64,000 nt of DNA from the human T2T-CHM13v2.0 reference genome, Homo sapiens: assembly GCF_009914755.1 (NCBI RefSeq), contig NC_060938.1, one strand, 5' to 3'. Numbering within the stretch: the first letter of the stretch is position 1; each line of letters begins with the position of its first letter. The notes under the pieces are model-generated. The model did no database searches and was not told the origin of the DNA. It saw only the letters and a list, made by a program, of their open reading frames with translations. Positions 27,563-41,982 of this stretch are shown one piece after another. A program made the position numbers and the translations under genes.

Positions 27563-28482
27563 CTACAAAGAGGGATTTAAGTGTTTATATCTGTAGGAAT
27601 GCCTACAGATAGATTTCAGTGATATTCAGGAATCAGGTTCTCAGTCTTTGGTGCTTCATGGATTTTGATTTTGTTGTTATTCAATAAGTGAAAGAATAAA
27701 TAAATATGTCAGTGTATAAAAATGAATAGAATGAAGTTATCTAACTATGAAAGTATGGGGTGAGGCAAGAATTATTATTAATATAACATAGAACCACTGG
27801 AGTTCAGTAAGTAATGCTATCTTTACCCCAAAATGTAACCCCTTAATGCATCAAAGGGGTTACATTTTGGGGTAAGGATAAGTAAGCAAGATTGTGATGT
27901 ATGTTCTTGCTTTGAGTCAGTGATGAGTTCAAGTGGCCACTTACTGCAGAGGGAAAAAAATAAATTATGCCATAAAATAATAAATACCTAAATGACTGAG
28001 CAAAGGAAATGGGGAAGGCATGTATCAGTGGAAAGAATATCTCAGCTTTCTGTTATTTGCTGTGCTTATATTCCTCAGAATGAAAGCTCCTAGGTGATTT
28101 AAGCATTCTACTGTGGCCATGAACTCTTATGTGTTAGGAGCATAGAAACCAATGTAAGAGTCAAAGCACGTGTCTTAGTATGAGTGGCTTGTTTAAAAAT
28201 ATTCACTGTACTGTTTACAAAATGTTTAGTCAAAGAAGTTGACTATGGTGTACTATGGCATTGATATGAAATGTATGTTAATTAGTGGATATATACAACA
28301 CAAATTAATTAATGAAGGTTATATTTGCTGAGTGAATTTACTCTGTAGACAGTTATGGATACTTAAGAATACTGTTCTGTGGAATTTGTGGTTCATGTAC
28401 ATTTATTTTATTGTAATTAATCTATTGAAGAACTAATAAATCAACAAATATAGAAATGGATGAGGAAAAAGATGTCAAATCC

Positions 28483-28558
28483 TGAACTAGTGGTGATGGC
28501 TTGTGGCATATTTAGTCACAGATGATGAATAAATACATGCCTGAGACTCTGAGGTTAG
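28483..28558 (+). ncRNA. SNORD114-7: Box C/D snoRNA, SNORD114 family (divergent box C)
   Basis: TGAACTAGTGGTGA...CTGAGGTTAG. Confidence 0.8.
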
Positions 28559-28856
28559 TACCTAGACAGAGATCTAGTCTGTTATTTTTGATGGATGTAG
28601 TCCTGTAGGATGATTAGTTATACACAAAGGTGATGTTCTTGGACTTTTGTAGTTCATGAGTTTTGATTGTATTGTTACAAAGCAATCAATGACAAAATAT
28701 ATACAATTGCATGAAGATGAAGAGGGTGAAACATTGTCCAATTATGAAATGTGAGGTGAGGCCTGAAATACTATTAATATAATTTGAAAGTCCTAAGGTC
28801 CATAAGTAAATAAGTGGATCAAGGGTGTCACCTCTTTGGTACAGTATCATATAGAC

Positions 28857-29191
28857 CAGGGGTCCCTAACCTCAGGGCTGCGGACCAGTATCAGTGCCTG
28901 GTGTGTTAGGAACCAGGCCACACAGCAGGAAGTGAGTAGCAGGGGAGCAAGCATTACCACCTGAGCTCCGCCTCTTGTCAGATCAGTAGTGGCATTAGAT
29001 TCTCATAGGAGCAGAACCTGTTGTGAATGGTGCATGCCAGGGATCAAGGTCACATGCTACTTATGAGAATCTAATGCCTGATGATCTGAGGTAGAACAGT
29101 GATCTGGAAACCACCCCTCCCTGCCCTGGTCCGTGGGAAGATTCTCTTCTACAAAACCCATCCTGGGTGCCAAAAATGTTGGGGACCATTG
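28857..29191 (+). mobile_element. MER1B-like hAT DNA transposon
   Basis: Termini caggggtccctaac...gttggggaccattg; internal gattctcatag/tatgagaatc; 8 bp TSD atatagac/gtatagac. Confidence 0.88.
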
Positions 29192-30204
29192 GTATAGACA
29201 GTGATAAGTAACAGTCAGTGTTATTGTTCTGCATCAATGGCAAGTACCATCCTGTCCTATTTTTAGAAGAGACAAATAATAACATCAATTAGTAAACATT
29301 TACGTGAATAAATAAATGAAAGTTGGAAAGCCATTGTCAATGGAGAGAATGTCTCAACTTTTTAATCACTGGTTCTCCTTTATATTCCTCAAGGTGGAGG
29401 CTGTCTGCAGTAGGAGCATGGAGACCAACGTGAGTAACAATCACATTTTATGTCTTGGTTTGCGTGGTTTATCTAAGGGTATTCATTATATAATGGCATA
29501 TGAAATATCAAACAGGGCCAAATGCACCCCAGTAATGAAGTTGGGATTGATGTAAATTATGTTCTTTGATATATATAAAACATTGAGGCTTTCTGTATCA
29601 ATCAAGTTTTATTTTCTGGGTTGGTTGCAAGTTTGACATTGTTCCTGTTGTTGAGACAGAGAGAAAGAATACACATATATAATGAAAAATTAATAAATAA
29701 GTCAATGAAATTTGGAAAGGAGGGATAAATACAGATAAGGTCTTCATTTTTTTCATCACATGTTCTGCTTTGCAATCCTAGAATGGATGCTCTTAAACTG
29801 ATTTAAGCACGCTTCCATGGTCAGAAGCCTTATGGTTGCCACAGGGTATTAGGAGCATGGAGACCAATGTGAGTAATCATCAAAGTTTGCTTCTTGGTGT
29901 GGGTTGTTTGCTTAAAGGTATTATTATTCACTCACTATATTATTGAAAAGAGTGAATTATAATCAAAGAAGACCAATTGTTGTGCAGTGACAAAATTGAT
30001 ATAAAGCACTATATAAATTAATGGGTATATGAAAAACTGAAGATAATAAAGGAGAGATGATGACATAAGATGACTTTATATACAGACTAGAAATATCAAG
30101 TTTCTCCTTGGGTTTTGTGAATATAGGGCTTTAAAATTATTAGTGAACGAATTAACTAATCAATGGATAATGTGGAAGTGAGAGGAGAAAAAGAGAACCA
30201 ATCC

Positions 30205-30280
30205 TGGATTGATGATATGATGGCCACTGGTGGCTTATGAGTCTTATACAGTGAATACATGTTTGAAACTCTGAGGTCTG
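30205..30280 (+). ncRNA. SNORD114-8: Box C/D snoRNA, SNORD114 family (duplicated box C core)
   Basis: TGGATTG-ATGAT-ATGAT-GGCCACTGGTGG...CTGAGGTCTG. Confidence 0.82.
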
Positions 30281-30835
30281 TTAGAAAAGATACATGGCCC
30301 ATTCTCTCTGTTTCAAATGATGCTACAGAAATAATTCAGAAATGTTTTTATTTGTGATAATTTCATTCTATTTTTATAATTGGATCAATGTGAGAATCAA
30401 TAAATAAGTATATAAATAAAGATAAAGTGGATGAAGCATTGTTCAGGTATGGCAGGATATATTATTAATATGTATTGAAAACAGTGGCGTCCAAAGAGAA
30501 ATAAATGGTACATGCCTGTCACCTCTTTGGACAATGATGACATAGTTAGTATAATTATAGACAATGTTCAATTTTTTGGTTAGTGGCAAGTTCAAAATTG
30601 TTCATTTTCTTAAGAGAAAATGAAATAAGTATACTCCAGAAAATTACTGCCTAAATGACCAACTAAATGAAAGGTGAAAGGCAAAGATAAATGGTGATAA
30701 TGTCTCAAATTTGTTATCATCATCTCTGCTTTGTACTCCTCAGAATGGACGTAGTTGTACTGTTTTAAGAATTCTTCCATGGTCCTCTGCACCGTGCTTA
30801 GGAAGGAGCATGCAGACCCATGTGATTAATGATCA

Positions 30836-31330
<495 letters not shown>

Positions 31331-31457
31331 CTAGATACAGATATGGAACATCCAGGTTATTCTTGGGGTTTTTTTTGAACCATAGAGACTTATTAGTGAG
31401 TTAACAAGTCAGTCAGTGAACAAGATAGAAATGAGTGGAAAAAGAGGTGATCAATCT

Positions 31458-31528
31458 TGGATCGATGATGACTGCTGGTGGCGTATGAGTCTTACATGAT
31501 GAATACGTGTCTGGAACTCTGAGGTCCA
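31458..31528 (+). ncRNA. SNORD114-9: Box C/D snoRNA, SNORD114 family
   Basis: TGGATCGATGATGA...CTGAGGTCCA. Confidence 0.9.
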
Positions 31529-32480
31529 TCACAGAAGTAGAGCTCCTTCCGTATGTTTGAAATGATCCTATGTGTATAGATGTCAGAGATACAGAATTTA
31601 TTTGTTTATGGCCTTTGTTTTTACTTATTTTCATTGCATTATTATAGTTGCTCAATGTGAGAACCTATATATATAATTTATATATATTATATAAAAAGAT
31701 GAATAATGTTAATCATTGCCCAATTATTAAAATCTGTAGTGAGGCAAGAAACATTTCATGTGTATTGAAAACATGAAGTCCAAAGAGAAATAAATGGGAC
31801 ATGCCTGTCACCTCTTTGGCCAATGATGATATAGCCAGTATAATTATAGAGAGTGTTCAGATTCTGGGCCAGTAGCAAGATTGAAATTGTTCATTTTCTT
31901 AACAGAAAATGAAATTACTATGATTAATGAAATGAAATTTCCTTAACAGAAAATGAAATTAATATGAAGTCCAAATAACGATTGCATAAATGACTAATTA
32001 TGGGTGAAAAGCAAGAAACAATGGTGACAATGTCTCAAATTTGTTTTCATCTTCTCTTCTCTGTACTCATCAGAATGGATGTCCTTGTTCTGATTTGAGG
32101 ATGCCTCCAAGGTCACATACTCTGTTTGCACCACGCTTAGGAAGGAGCGTGAAGACCAAGGGGAGTAATAGTCAAAGTCCTTACCTTTGTTTGGGTGGTT
32201 TGTTTAAGAGTAATCAACGTATTATTTAAAAGTGTGAAATACAGTCAAAGATGGCCAATGTTATTCCAGTGATATGGGAGTGACATGAAGTATTATATTG
32301 ATGATGCATATATAAAAAACAGGATAGTTAATGAAACACCCAATGTTTGAGTGATTCTGTATACTGATAGGGAATATCAAGAGTGTTACTGGGTTTTGTG
32401 AATCACGGGCCTTGAAAGTATTATTAATGAATAAATGACATAATCAATAGACAAGGTAGAAATGAATAGCAAAAAAAAAG

Positions 32481-32551
32481 AAGATCAATGATGACTACTG
32501 TTAGTGTATGAGTTACACATGATGAATACATGTCTGAAACTCTGAGGTCCA
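32481..32551 (+). ncRNA. SNORD114-10: Box C/D snoRNA, SNORD114 family
   Basis: AAGATCAATGATGA...CTGAGGTCCA. Confidence 0.88.
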
Positions 32552-32749
32552 TCACAAAAGAAATCTGGCCCATTCCTTCTGATTCAGGTGATCCTATGAA
32601 TATACAATGTGTTTGCTTTTGGTCTTTGGGTTTGTTCACTTCACTGTATTATTATAATTGGATCAATGAAATAATTTATACGTATACATGTACGTATATG
32701 AAGGGGATGAAGTATTGTCCAATTATAAAATAAGTGGTGAGGCAAGATG

Positions 32750-32880
32750 TATTATTATTATTATATTAAAGCATTATATTAAAGCTTTAATATATTAAAT
32801 AAAAATCTAATATTAATATATAATTAATGCAATATTTAATATATATTAAATATGATAACATATTAAAATATTATATTAAA
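32750..32880. repeat. AT-rich low-complexity expansion (tattaaa/tattaat units)
   Basis: Direct reading. Confidence 0.8.
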
Positions 32881-33539
32881 GCATTGAAGTCCTAAGGGAA
32901 ATAAATGGTACCCCACTGTAACGTCTTTGACTAAGGATGATACAGGTGGTAGTTATAGATAATGGTCAACCTCTGGGTCAAGGAAAGTTGCACAAAGTGT
33001 TCATTTTCTTAAGAGAAAATGAAATAATTATCCTTCAGATAGTGATTTCTCAAATGTTTTCCTAAAGGGAAGATGATAAACACAGATCATGGAGGACTGT
33101 TTTATCTGTTTGTGATCTGCCGTCCTCTGTGAGCCTCAGGATGGATGTTTGCCAGCCGATTCCATGGTTACAAGCTCTATAGCTGCATCTATGTGTTAGG
33201 AGCATGAAGACCAATGTGGGTAATCGTTAATGCTCCTTCTTGTTTTGACCATTTTAAAATGTTATTTGCTATATTATTAAAAAGTATTAAACACAATAAA
33301 AGAAGGGGAAATATGCAATATTTAAAATCTGGATTAAAAACTTTAGGTTAATTAATGCATATGTGAAACATTGAGCTCAGTTAATGAAAGAAATATGGTC
33401 TTCGTGGAAATGATTATATGGATGAATGTTAGGGATATTCAAGAATCATATTCTTTTTTTGAAGACTTAGGTGTATTTCCTTGTTAGTGAATTAGTCAAC
33501 AAACAAATTTAGATGGTAATAGAGAAAGAGGGCTGATCC

Positions 33540-33613
33540 TGGACCAGTGATGGTGACTGGTGGTGTGTGAGTCATGCACAGTGAATATCATGTGTCTGGA
33601 ACTCTGAGGTCCA
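33540..33613 (+). ncRNA. SNORD114-11: Box C/D snoRNA, SNORD114 family
   Basis: TGGACCAGTGATGG...CTGAGGTCCA. Confidence 0.88.
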
Positions 33614-34376
33614 ATACAATGGGATCTGGTCCATTCCCCCTTATAAATAGATGTCAGGATACAGGATATAGAAGGATCTTCTTCATGATCTTCGTGCTCA
33701 TGAATTTAAAAAAATATTATTGTAAAAGAATCAAGGGCAGGATGAATAAATCAGTGTATAAATGAAGAAGATAAGGAGGTGAAGCATTGTTTATTACTAA
33801 AATACGTGTTAAGAAAAATGGATTTTAATTTAAATTGGAATGGATAATATAGGCATGGATGAAAGGTGTTATGTCTTGGACCAAAAATAACATAGATTGT
33901 GATAGGTTATAGTTATTACTGTCAGTTAGTTGCAACCTTGAAGTCTATTTTATTAATAAATATTACCATTAATTAATAAAAGCCAAAGTGACAATGTAAA
34001 TGAATGGTGAAATGTATGGATTGATGCAAAGAATGTCTCAATATTTTTATCATCTTCTCCACTTTGCACTCTTCAGAATGGATGCACTGAGCTGATTATG
34101 AATTTAGCCCTGATGAAGACTTGTGTTGCTGTCATGATATGAAAGATTCCAGTGTGAGTAACAGCCAAGTTCTTGTGTTGTTTGGGTGGTTTGTTTAAGG
34201 ATATTTACTATGTTACTGAAAATAAAAAAAGTCAAATAATGTGTATGTATATATAACGAATATTGGTGATAGAATTGAATTATGTGAACCATAAAATTTT
34301 TATAATTATTATACATGAATTACTGAATTTATCAACAAATAATGTCGAATTGCATGAAGAGAAAGTGGGCCCTTCC

Positions 34377-34450
34377 TGGACCAATGATGACAAATACCGG
34401 CGTATGAGTCTTGGATGATGAATAATACGTGTCTGGAACTCTGAGGTCCA
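34377..34450 (+). ncRNA. SNORD114-12: Box C/D snoRNA, SNORD114 family
   Basis: TGGACCAATGATGA...CTGAGGTCCA. Confidence 0.9.
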
Positions 34451-35307
34451 TCAGAAAAGAAAACCAGTTCTTTCTGCTCATGTATTTTCATTCTGTTATT
34501 ATAATTGGATCAATAAAAGAATGAATCAACAAATATATAACTAAATAAAGATGATTCGTGTGAAGCATTGTCCAATTATAAAAATAGATGGTGTGGCAAG
34601 AAGTAATATTAATATGTACTGGAAACTCTGAAGTCCAAAGAGAAATAAATGGTACATGATTGTTAAATCTTTGGCTAAGTATGATGTAGACAGTAATAGG
34701 TAAATATCTGTGTTGAGTTTCTGGGTCAATGGCAGGATTGACATTGTTAGCCTACATAGGAGAAAAATAAGCATTATTACAAATTACTAATTATGTATGA
34801 CTGACTAACTGGAAAGAGGAATTAAAGGACCAGTGGAAAGAATGTTACAACCTTTTAAAATCATTTGCTCTGCTCTGTGATCCTCAGAATGAACGCACTT
34901 GAGTTGATTCAAGCACGCTTCCATGGTCATGAGCTCTGTGGTTGCATCTGTGTGTTAGGAGCATGCAGACCAATGTGAGTAGTAATCAGTGTTCTTATAC
35001 CAAATCCAGCAGTTTTTAGAATGGTATTTGCTGCATTATTTTAGAGTTTTAAATATAATCAAATAAGAGAAGTCTGCCCATGTTCAATATCACATTGATA
35101 TGAAGCATCTATGCAAAAAGTAATGCATCTATGCAAAAGCTCAGTTGATGAAAGAAATTTGGTCTGTGTGGAAAGGATTATATAGATGGATGTTAGGGAT
35201 ATTCAGAATATAATTCTTATTTTTCTTTTCAGATTTTTGTGTATTTCTTTGTTAATACATTAATAAATAAACAAATTTAGATGGGAATAGAGAAAGAGGG
35301 CTGATCC

Positions 35308-35380
35308 TGGACCAGTGATGACCACTGGTGGCATATGAGTCATACACATGAACACCATGTTTCTAGAACTCTGAGGTCCA
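35308..35380 (+). ncRNA. SNORD114-13: Box C/D snoRNA, SNORD114 family
   Basis: TGGACCAGTGATGA...CTGAGGTCCA. Confidence 0.9.
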
Positions 35381-35750
35381 ACACAAATGGGATCTAGTCC
35401 ATTCCTCCTTTGTGAAGGGATCCAATGGACAGATATCAGGATATGCAAGGATCTTTTTCGGGATTTTTGTGTTAGTATTTAAAAAATATTATTGTAAAAT
35501 AATCAAGGGCAGGATAAATAAATGAATGTATAAATGAACAGAAATGAAGAGAGTGAAGCATTGTTTATTGCTAAAATATGTAATAAAGAAAATGGATTAT
35601 TAGTATAAGTTAGAATGGATAATATATGGATCGAGTTTATTATGTCTTGGATTAAAGATGAGTCAACTGTGATGGATAATAGTTATTACTCTCAGTTACA
35701 TGTTTGAAGTTCATTTTATTGAGAGAAAAATAAGCAAATATTCCTATAAA

Positions 35751-36071
<321 letters not shown>

Positions 36072-36570
36072 TAAAAACCAAAAAGATGATACAAACGAAT
36101 AGTGGAATATATCAGTCAGTGGAGAGAAATTCTCCATTTTTTATCATCTTCTCTGGTTTGTGTGAAGATGAATCAGAATGGATGCATCAAGTGGGCTTCT
36201 GCTTGATGGAAACCTGTATTGCTGTTGCGTTTGGAAAGAAACTAATGTGAGTAATAGCCAAAATTTTTGTCTTCCTTTGGGTACTTGTCTAAAGGTATTC
36301 ACAGTATTATTAAAAATTTTAAATTATTATAAAATTAACCATGGCCCAATGGTTAACATAATATAGAACAGTATGTTTATTAATCAATAATGTGCCACAC
36401 AGAGGTGAATGAATGAAAGCGACATTGTCTAATGTGGAAAAGGATTCTGTAGACAGATGCTTGGTATGTCTGGCATCATGTTCATAGGTTTTTGTGAATC
36501 ATGTTCTTATTTTACTCTTATAAATTGATTAATGATTTATTCAAAACAAAGGTAGAAATGAGTGAAAATT

Positions 36571-36631
36571 GAGACCAATGATGGCGTGAGCCATATACAA
36601 TGAGTAAAACATGTCTGGACTTTGATGTCCA
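36571..36631 (+). pseudogene. Internally deleted SNORD114 copy
   Basis: GACCAATGATGGCGTGAGCC...TTTGATGTCCA; D' guide deleted, box D mutated. Confidence 0.75.
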
Positions 36632-37534
36632 ACACAAAAGACATATAGTCCATATTCTTGATATAAGGCATCCTCTAGGCCCATGTTGGGAATATCCGAG
36701 GATCTTGGGCTTGATCTTTGTGTTCATATATTTTCATTCTAGTATTATAATTGGACCAGTGAAATAACCAATCAATAAGTAAATAAATTAATGAAGTATT
36801 GTTCAAATTAAAAATATGTAGTGAGCAAAGAAACACTACTAATATATTATGAAAACACTAAACTCTAATTTGAAATACATTTTACATGACTCTTACCTCC
36901 TTAGCTCAGGATGGTGTAGATGGTATAACTTACAGACACTGTTCATGTTCTGGATAGATGGCGATTTTGAATTTGTTCATTCTCTTAAGAGAAAAAAGTA
37001 ATCTAAATGTGTGATTACTGAAATGACTGACTAAAGGTGAAAAGCAAGGATTAATGGAGAGAACGTCTCAGATGTCTGTTCTTCTTCATTTTAAAATCAT
37101 CTATTCTGTTCTGTATTTCTCACACTGGACCCATCTGAGCTGATTTAAGAATTCTCCCATGGTTATGACTGTATGATTGAATCTCTGTTAAGACCAATGT
37201 GAGTAAGAGTCAAAATTTTTGTCATGGCTTGGGTGGTTTGTTTAAGGATGTTCAGTATATTATTAAAAAGTGTGAAATATAATCACAAAAGGCCTAATGT
37301 AAACATCGTAATTTGGGATTAATATGAATCATTATATTGATTAATGCATATATGAAAAACTGAGGATAAATGATAAAATTTAAATACTGACATGTGAATA
37401 ATGATGGCTACCTAACAAATTGGTATGCTTTTGTTGGAGGTTTGTGAATCATAGGCTTTAAAAAATATTATCAGTGAATTTATGAATTAATCAATAAACA
37501 ATGTAGTAAAGAATGAAGAGAAAGCGGGCCTTCC

Positions 37535-37608
37535 TGGACCAATGATGACAACTGCCGGCGTATGAGTGTTGGGTGATGAATAATACGTGTCTAGAACTCT
37601 GAGGTCCA
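37535..37608 (+). ncRNA. SNORD114-14: Box C/D snoRNA, SNORD114 family
   Basis: TGGACCAATGATGA...CTGAGGTCCA. Confidence 0.9.
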
Positions 37609-38101
37609 ACATACAAAACACCTCAATAAGCAAGGATCAGTGGAGGAATATCTAGTTTAAAAAAAATCATCTTCTCTTTTTTGTACTCCTCAGAGTGATA
37701 ATCTCGAGGTGATTTATGCATTCTTCCATGGCCACCAGCCTTATGATTGCATCTGTGCGTCACAGCTTAGAGATCAATGTGAGTAATAGTCAAAGTTCTT
37801 GGTGTGGTTTAGGTGGTTTAAGGTATTCACTGCATCACTAAAAAGTGTGAAATATAATCACATAAGGCCTGCTGTTACAAATGACAAATATGAAGCATCA
37901 TATTGATTAATACATGTGTGAAATGCTGAGGATAATTAAAGCAGGAGATACATGGAGATGAGATGGTAATATGTACAGATTAATAATATCAAGGCTGTTC
38001 TTGGGGTTTTGTGAATCATAGGGTTTTAATTTATTGTTAGTGAACTAATGATTAAATCAACAGACAATATAGAAATGAATGGAGAAAAGGATGCCCAATC
38101 C

Positions 38102-38172
38102 TGGATCGATGATGACCACTGGTGGCGTATGAGTCATACATGATGAATATGTGTCTGGAACTCTGAGGTCCT
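38102..38172 (+). ncRNA. SNORD114-15: Box C/D snoRNA, SNORD114 family
   Basis: TGGATCGATGATGA...CTGAGGTCCT. Confidence 0.9.
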
Positions 38173-39026
38173 TCACAAAAGAAATCGAGTCTTTCTGTTC
38201 ATGCATTCTTATGTTATTATTATGATTGGGTCAATGAAAGAATGAGTAAACAAATATATAAGTGAATCAAGGTAAAATGGGGGAAACATTGTCTAATTAT
38301 AAAAACTTGTTGTGAGGCAAGGAATTTTGTTAATATATATAGAAAACACTAAAATGCAAAGAGAAATAAATGGTGCATAATGGTTTATTTTGGCAAAGGA
38401 TGATATGGACAGTATTAATTAGATAATGTTTTTGTTCTGGGTCAGTAGCAAGTTCAAAATTGTTCATTTTAAGAGAAAAGGAAATAAATATACTCCAAGT
38501 AATGATTGCCTGAATTAATGATTAAATGGAAGATGATAAGCAAGGATCAATGGAGGATTTTCTCATTTTTTAAGTCATCTGTTTTGTTCTGTACTCCTCA
38601 GAACAGATGCTTTAGAGGTGATTCAATCTCTCATCCCTGCTCACCAGCACGTTGGCTGCATCTCGTGTTAGAATATGAAGGCCAATGTGAGCAATAGTCA
38701 ATGCTCTTGTCTTTGTTGGTGTAGCTTTTTAAAAAAGATATTTCCTATATTATTAAAATGTGTTAAATATAACCAAAGAGACCCAAACATGCCAATTTTA
38801 CTATCAGATTGATAGATGTATTATAGTGATTGGTCAATATATGGACCAAAGAAGGTCATTACCACAGAAGACAGTAATGAAGAGATTTAGTCTGTGGAAA
38901 TGAATCTGTAGATGAATGTTAGAAATCTTTATGAATATTATTCTTGTATTTTCTGACTGATGTGGATTTCTTATTAATAAATTCATCAGTGGATAAATTT
39001 GTATTAGTGTTAAATCAAAGATATCC

Positions 39027-39095
39027 TGGACCAATTATGACTACTGGTGTGAGTCACGCATAATGAACACCACGTGTCTGGAACTCTGAGGTCCA
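39027..39095 (+). ncRNA. SNORD114-16: Box C/D snoRNA, SNORD114 family (mutant box C)
   Basis: TGGACCAATTATGA...CTGAGGTCCA. Confidence 0.82.
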
Positions 39096-39721
39096 ACACA
39101 AATGGGATGTAATCTATTCCCCATTTTGAAGGGATCTTATGCACAGATGTCAGAATATATGAGGACCTTGTTGTTGATATTTGTGTTCATGAATTTTAGA
39201 AATATTATTGTAAACGAATCAAGGGCAGAATAAATAAATTTATAAATTAATAGAGATGAAGGGGGTGAAGCATTGTTTATTACTAAACTTCATAGTAAGG
39301 AAAATGAATATTAATAGAAATAGAATGGGTAATAAATTGATCAAGGATATTATGTCTTGGACTAAGGATGACATAGACTGTAATAGGTAACAGTTCTTGC
39401 TCTCATTCAGTTGCAAGTTTTGAAGTTTATTACTTGCAAAATATATAAATATTAGCATAAATTAATAAAAGCCTAAAAGGCAGTGTTAACAAATGGTAGA
39501 CAACGTGGATCAATGGAGAGAACATCTCAATGTTTTTCTGTGCTTTCTACTCTTCAGAATGGATGCAACAAGCTCTTTGAATCATTCTGTTGGGATCAAG
39601 ATTGTTGTGTTCCCTCTGTTTGGAAAGAGACCAAGGTGAGTTATAGTCAAAGTTCTTATCTTGGTTTCAGTAATTTGTTTGAAGATGTTCTTGGTATTAC
39701 TATAAAATGTGTTAAATTATT

Positions 39722-39968
39722 CAGTTAGAGAGGAGAAATAAGTTCAAGAGAAATATTATACAACATGGTGCCTATAGTTCATTTTATACATCATATTCTT
39801 GAAAAATGCTAGAGAGTAGATGTTAAGTGTTCTCATCACAAAATGATAACTCTGAGATGTAATACATATATCAGTTAGATAGATTTAGTTATTCCACAAT
39901 GTATATATACTTCAGAACATCATGTTGTGCATGATAAATACAAGCAATTTTATCTGTCAATCAAAAAA
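39722..39968 (+). mobile_element. L1MA-type 3' end fragment
   Basis: gaaataagttcaagag...agtagatgttaagtgttctcatcacaaa...ttattccacaatgtata...catcatgttgt, typical L1MA 3' end. Confidence 0.8.
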
Positions 39969-40237
39969 TTTTAAAGTATTAAATTAATACACAGTTAACC
40001 ACTGCTCAATAATGAGTATGACTGAAACAGTATGTTGTTTAATTTCTCATGTGCAACATTGAGGTCAATAAATGAAAGAGATCTAGTCTATGTTGAAGGT
40101 GACTCTGTAGATGTTATAGATATTCAAAGACCTTGTTGGTTTTGTCTGAACCATGTATTTGTTTTTATTAATGTCAATAATATGATCATTTAATTGATAA
40201 AAATGTAGGAACCCATGAAGGAGAGGAGACCCAATCA

Positions 40238-40311
40238 TGGACCAATGATGACAAATGGTGGCATTGGAGTTATGGACGATGAATGATATGTGTCTGAAAC
40301 TCTGAGGTCCA
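40238..40311 (+). ncRNA. SNORD114-17: Box C/D snoRNA, SNORD114 family
   Basis: TGGACCAATGATGA...CTGAGGTCCA. Confidence 0.9.
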
Positions 40312-40685
40312 ACACAGCACATAATTAGTGTATTCTCTCTGTTGAAATTGACTTACAGAGAAATGTCAGGAATATATAGATAATATCTATGTATTGATTC
40401 CATAGATTGATATTTATTATTACCATTGGATCAATGATAGATCCATTAAACTAATATAAATTAATGTATAAAGAACAAGAGGGTCAAGCATTGTCCAATA
40501 TGAACATATGTGTGGAGTCAAGAAATATTACTAATCAAAATTTAAAGCACTGACATTCATTTACAAATAAATGGATAAAAGATATTACCACTTTTAGTAA
40601 GAATAATATAGAAATTGATAAGTAAGAGTTGATTTTATTGTTCTGGGTTAGTCTCATGATAGAAGTGTTCCTTTGCGTAAGATAA

Positions 40686-40687
<2 letters not shown>

Positions 40688-40723
<36 letters not shown>
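40688..40723. repeat. (CA)n microsatellite
   Basis: Direct reading. Confidence 0.95.
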
Positions 40724-40726
<3 letters not shown>

Positions 40727-41256
40727 GAACAAATAATAAATACCTAAATGACCTAGTAAATGAAATACAGAAAGCAGGAATCAAGAATCAATGGAGATAA
40801 GGTCTTAATTTTGTTATCATTTGCTCTGCTTCATACCCTTAGAATGGATACGCTCAGGTGATTTAAGCAGTCTTCCATGGCCACGAGCTCTGTGGTTGCC
40901 TCTGTATATTAAGAGCACAGAGATTAAAGTGAGTAATGGCTGACATTCTTTTCTTGGTTTCAGTATTTCTTTTATCTTAAGATTATTCACTATATTATTA
41001 AAAAGCATGAAATACAATGAATGCAATTATAACCCAGTAATAAATATGAGATGTATGAAATATTATATCAATTAATGCATATATAAAAAATAGGATAGTT
41101 AATGAAATTTATGTTGATATGAGAATAATTCTATATAGAAATTAGGGATATAAGGACTCTTCTTGAGTTTTTGTGAATAATAATACTATAATTTTATGAT
41201 TCAATGAATTAATCAATAAACAAATGTAGGTGACAATAGAGCAAAAGGGCCAATCC

Positions 41257-41327
41257 TAGATCAGTGATGACTACTGTTGGTGTATGAGTCATATACGATG
41301 AATACATGTCTGAAATTCTGAGGTCCA
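41257..41327 (+). ncRNA. SNORD114-18: Box C/D snoRNA, SNORD114 family
   Basis: TAGATCAGTGATGA...CTGAGGTCCA. Confidence 0.88.
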
Positions 41328-41435
41328 ATGTGAAAGAGATGTAGCTCATTTACTCTGGTTTAAGTGACCCTGTAGCCAGTTGTCAGGAATATACAAGGAT
41401 CTTGGTTTTGGTCTTTTCATTCTATGCAGAGGATG

Positions 41436-41436
<1 letters not shown>

Positions 41437-41467
<31 letters not shown>
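41437..41467. repeat. Poly(T) run acting as a pyrimidine tract at a unit-shortening junction
   Basis: About 30 T upstream of the acceptor ctcag at 41497. Confidence 0.85.
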
Positions 41468-41469
<2 letters not shown>

Positions 41470-41908
41470 GCTGTTTTCTCTGATTTATATTTCTCAGAAT
41501 GGACCCACTCAAGCTGACTTCAGAATTCCTCCTTGGTCACAAGCTTTTTGATTGCATGTCTGCATTAGGAGCCTAGAGAACAATGTAATAGCTAAAGTTC
41601 TTATCTTGTTTTGCATAGTTTGTTTATGGGCAGTCACTGTATTATTAAAAAGTGTGAAATATAATCAAAGAAGGTGAGCTGTAGCTTAGTAATAAGCATG
41701 GGATTAATATGAGATATTATTTTTTTAGTGTATACATGAAATACTACAATTATTATTAACATAAGAGATATTGAAGTGAGAATGGTTTTAAGTACATATT
41801 AGGGATATAAATCTCTTGCATTTTTGTGAATCACAGAGTTTTAAAATTATAATTATTAAATTAATCAATAAATAACTTAGAAATGAATTGAGGAAAAGTG
41901 GGCCCTCC

Positions 41909-41982
41909 TGGATCAATGATAAAACTTGCTGGCATATGAATCTTGGATAATGGATGATACGTGTGTGGAACTCTGAGGTCCA
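41909..41982 (+). ncRNA. SNORD114-19: Box C/D snoRNA, SNORD114 family
   Basis: TGGATCAATGATAA...CTGAGGTCCA. Confidence 0.85.
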
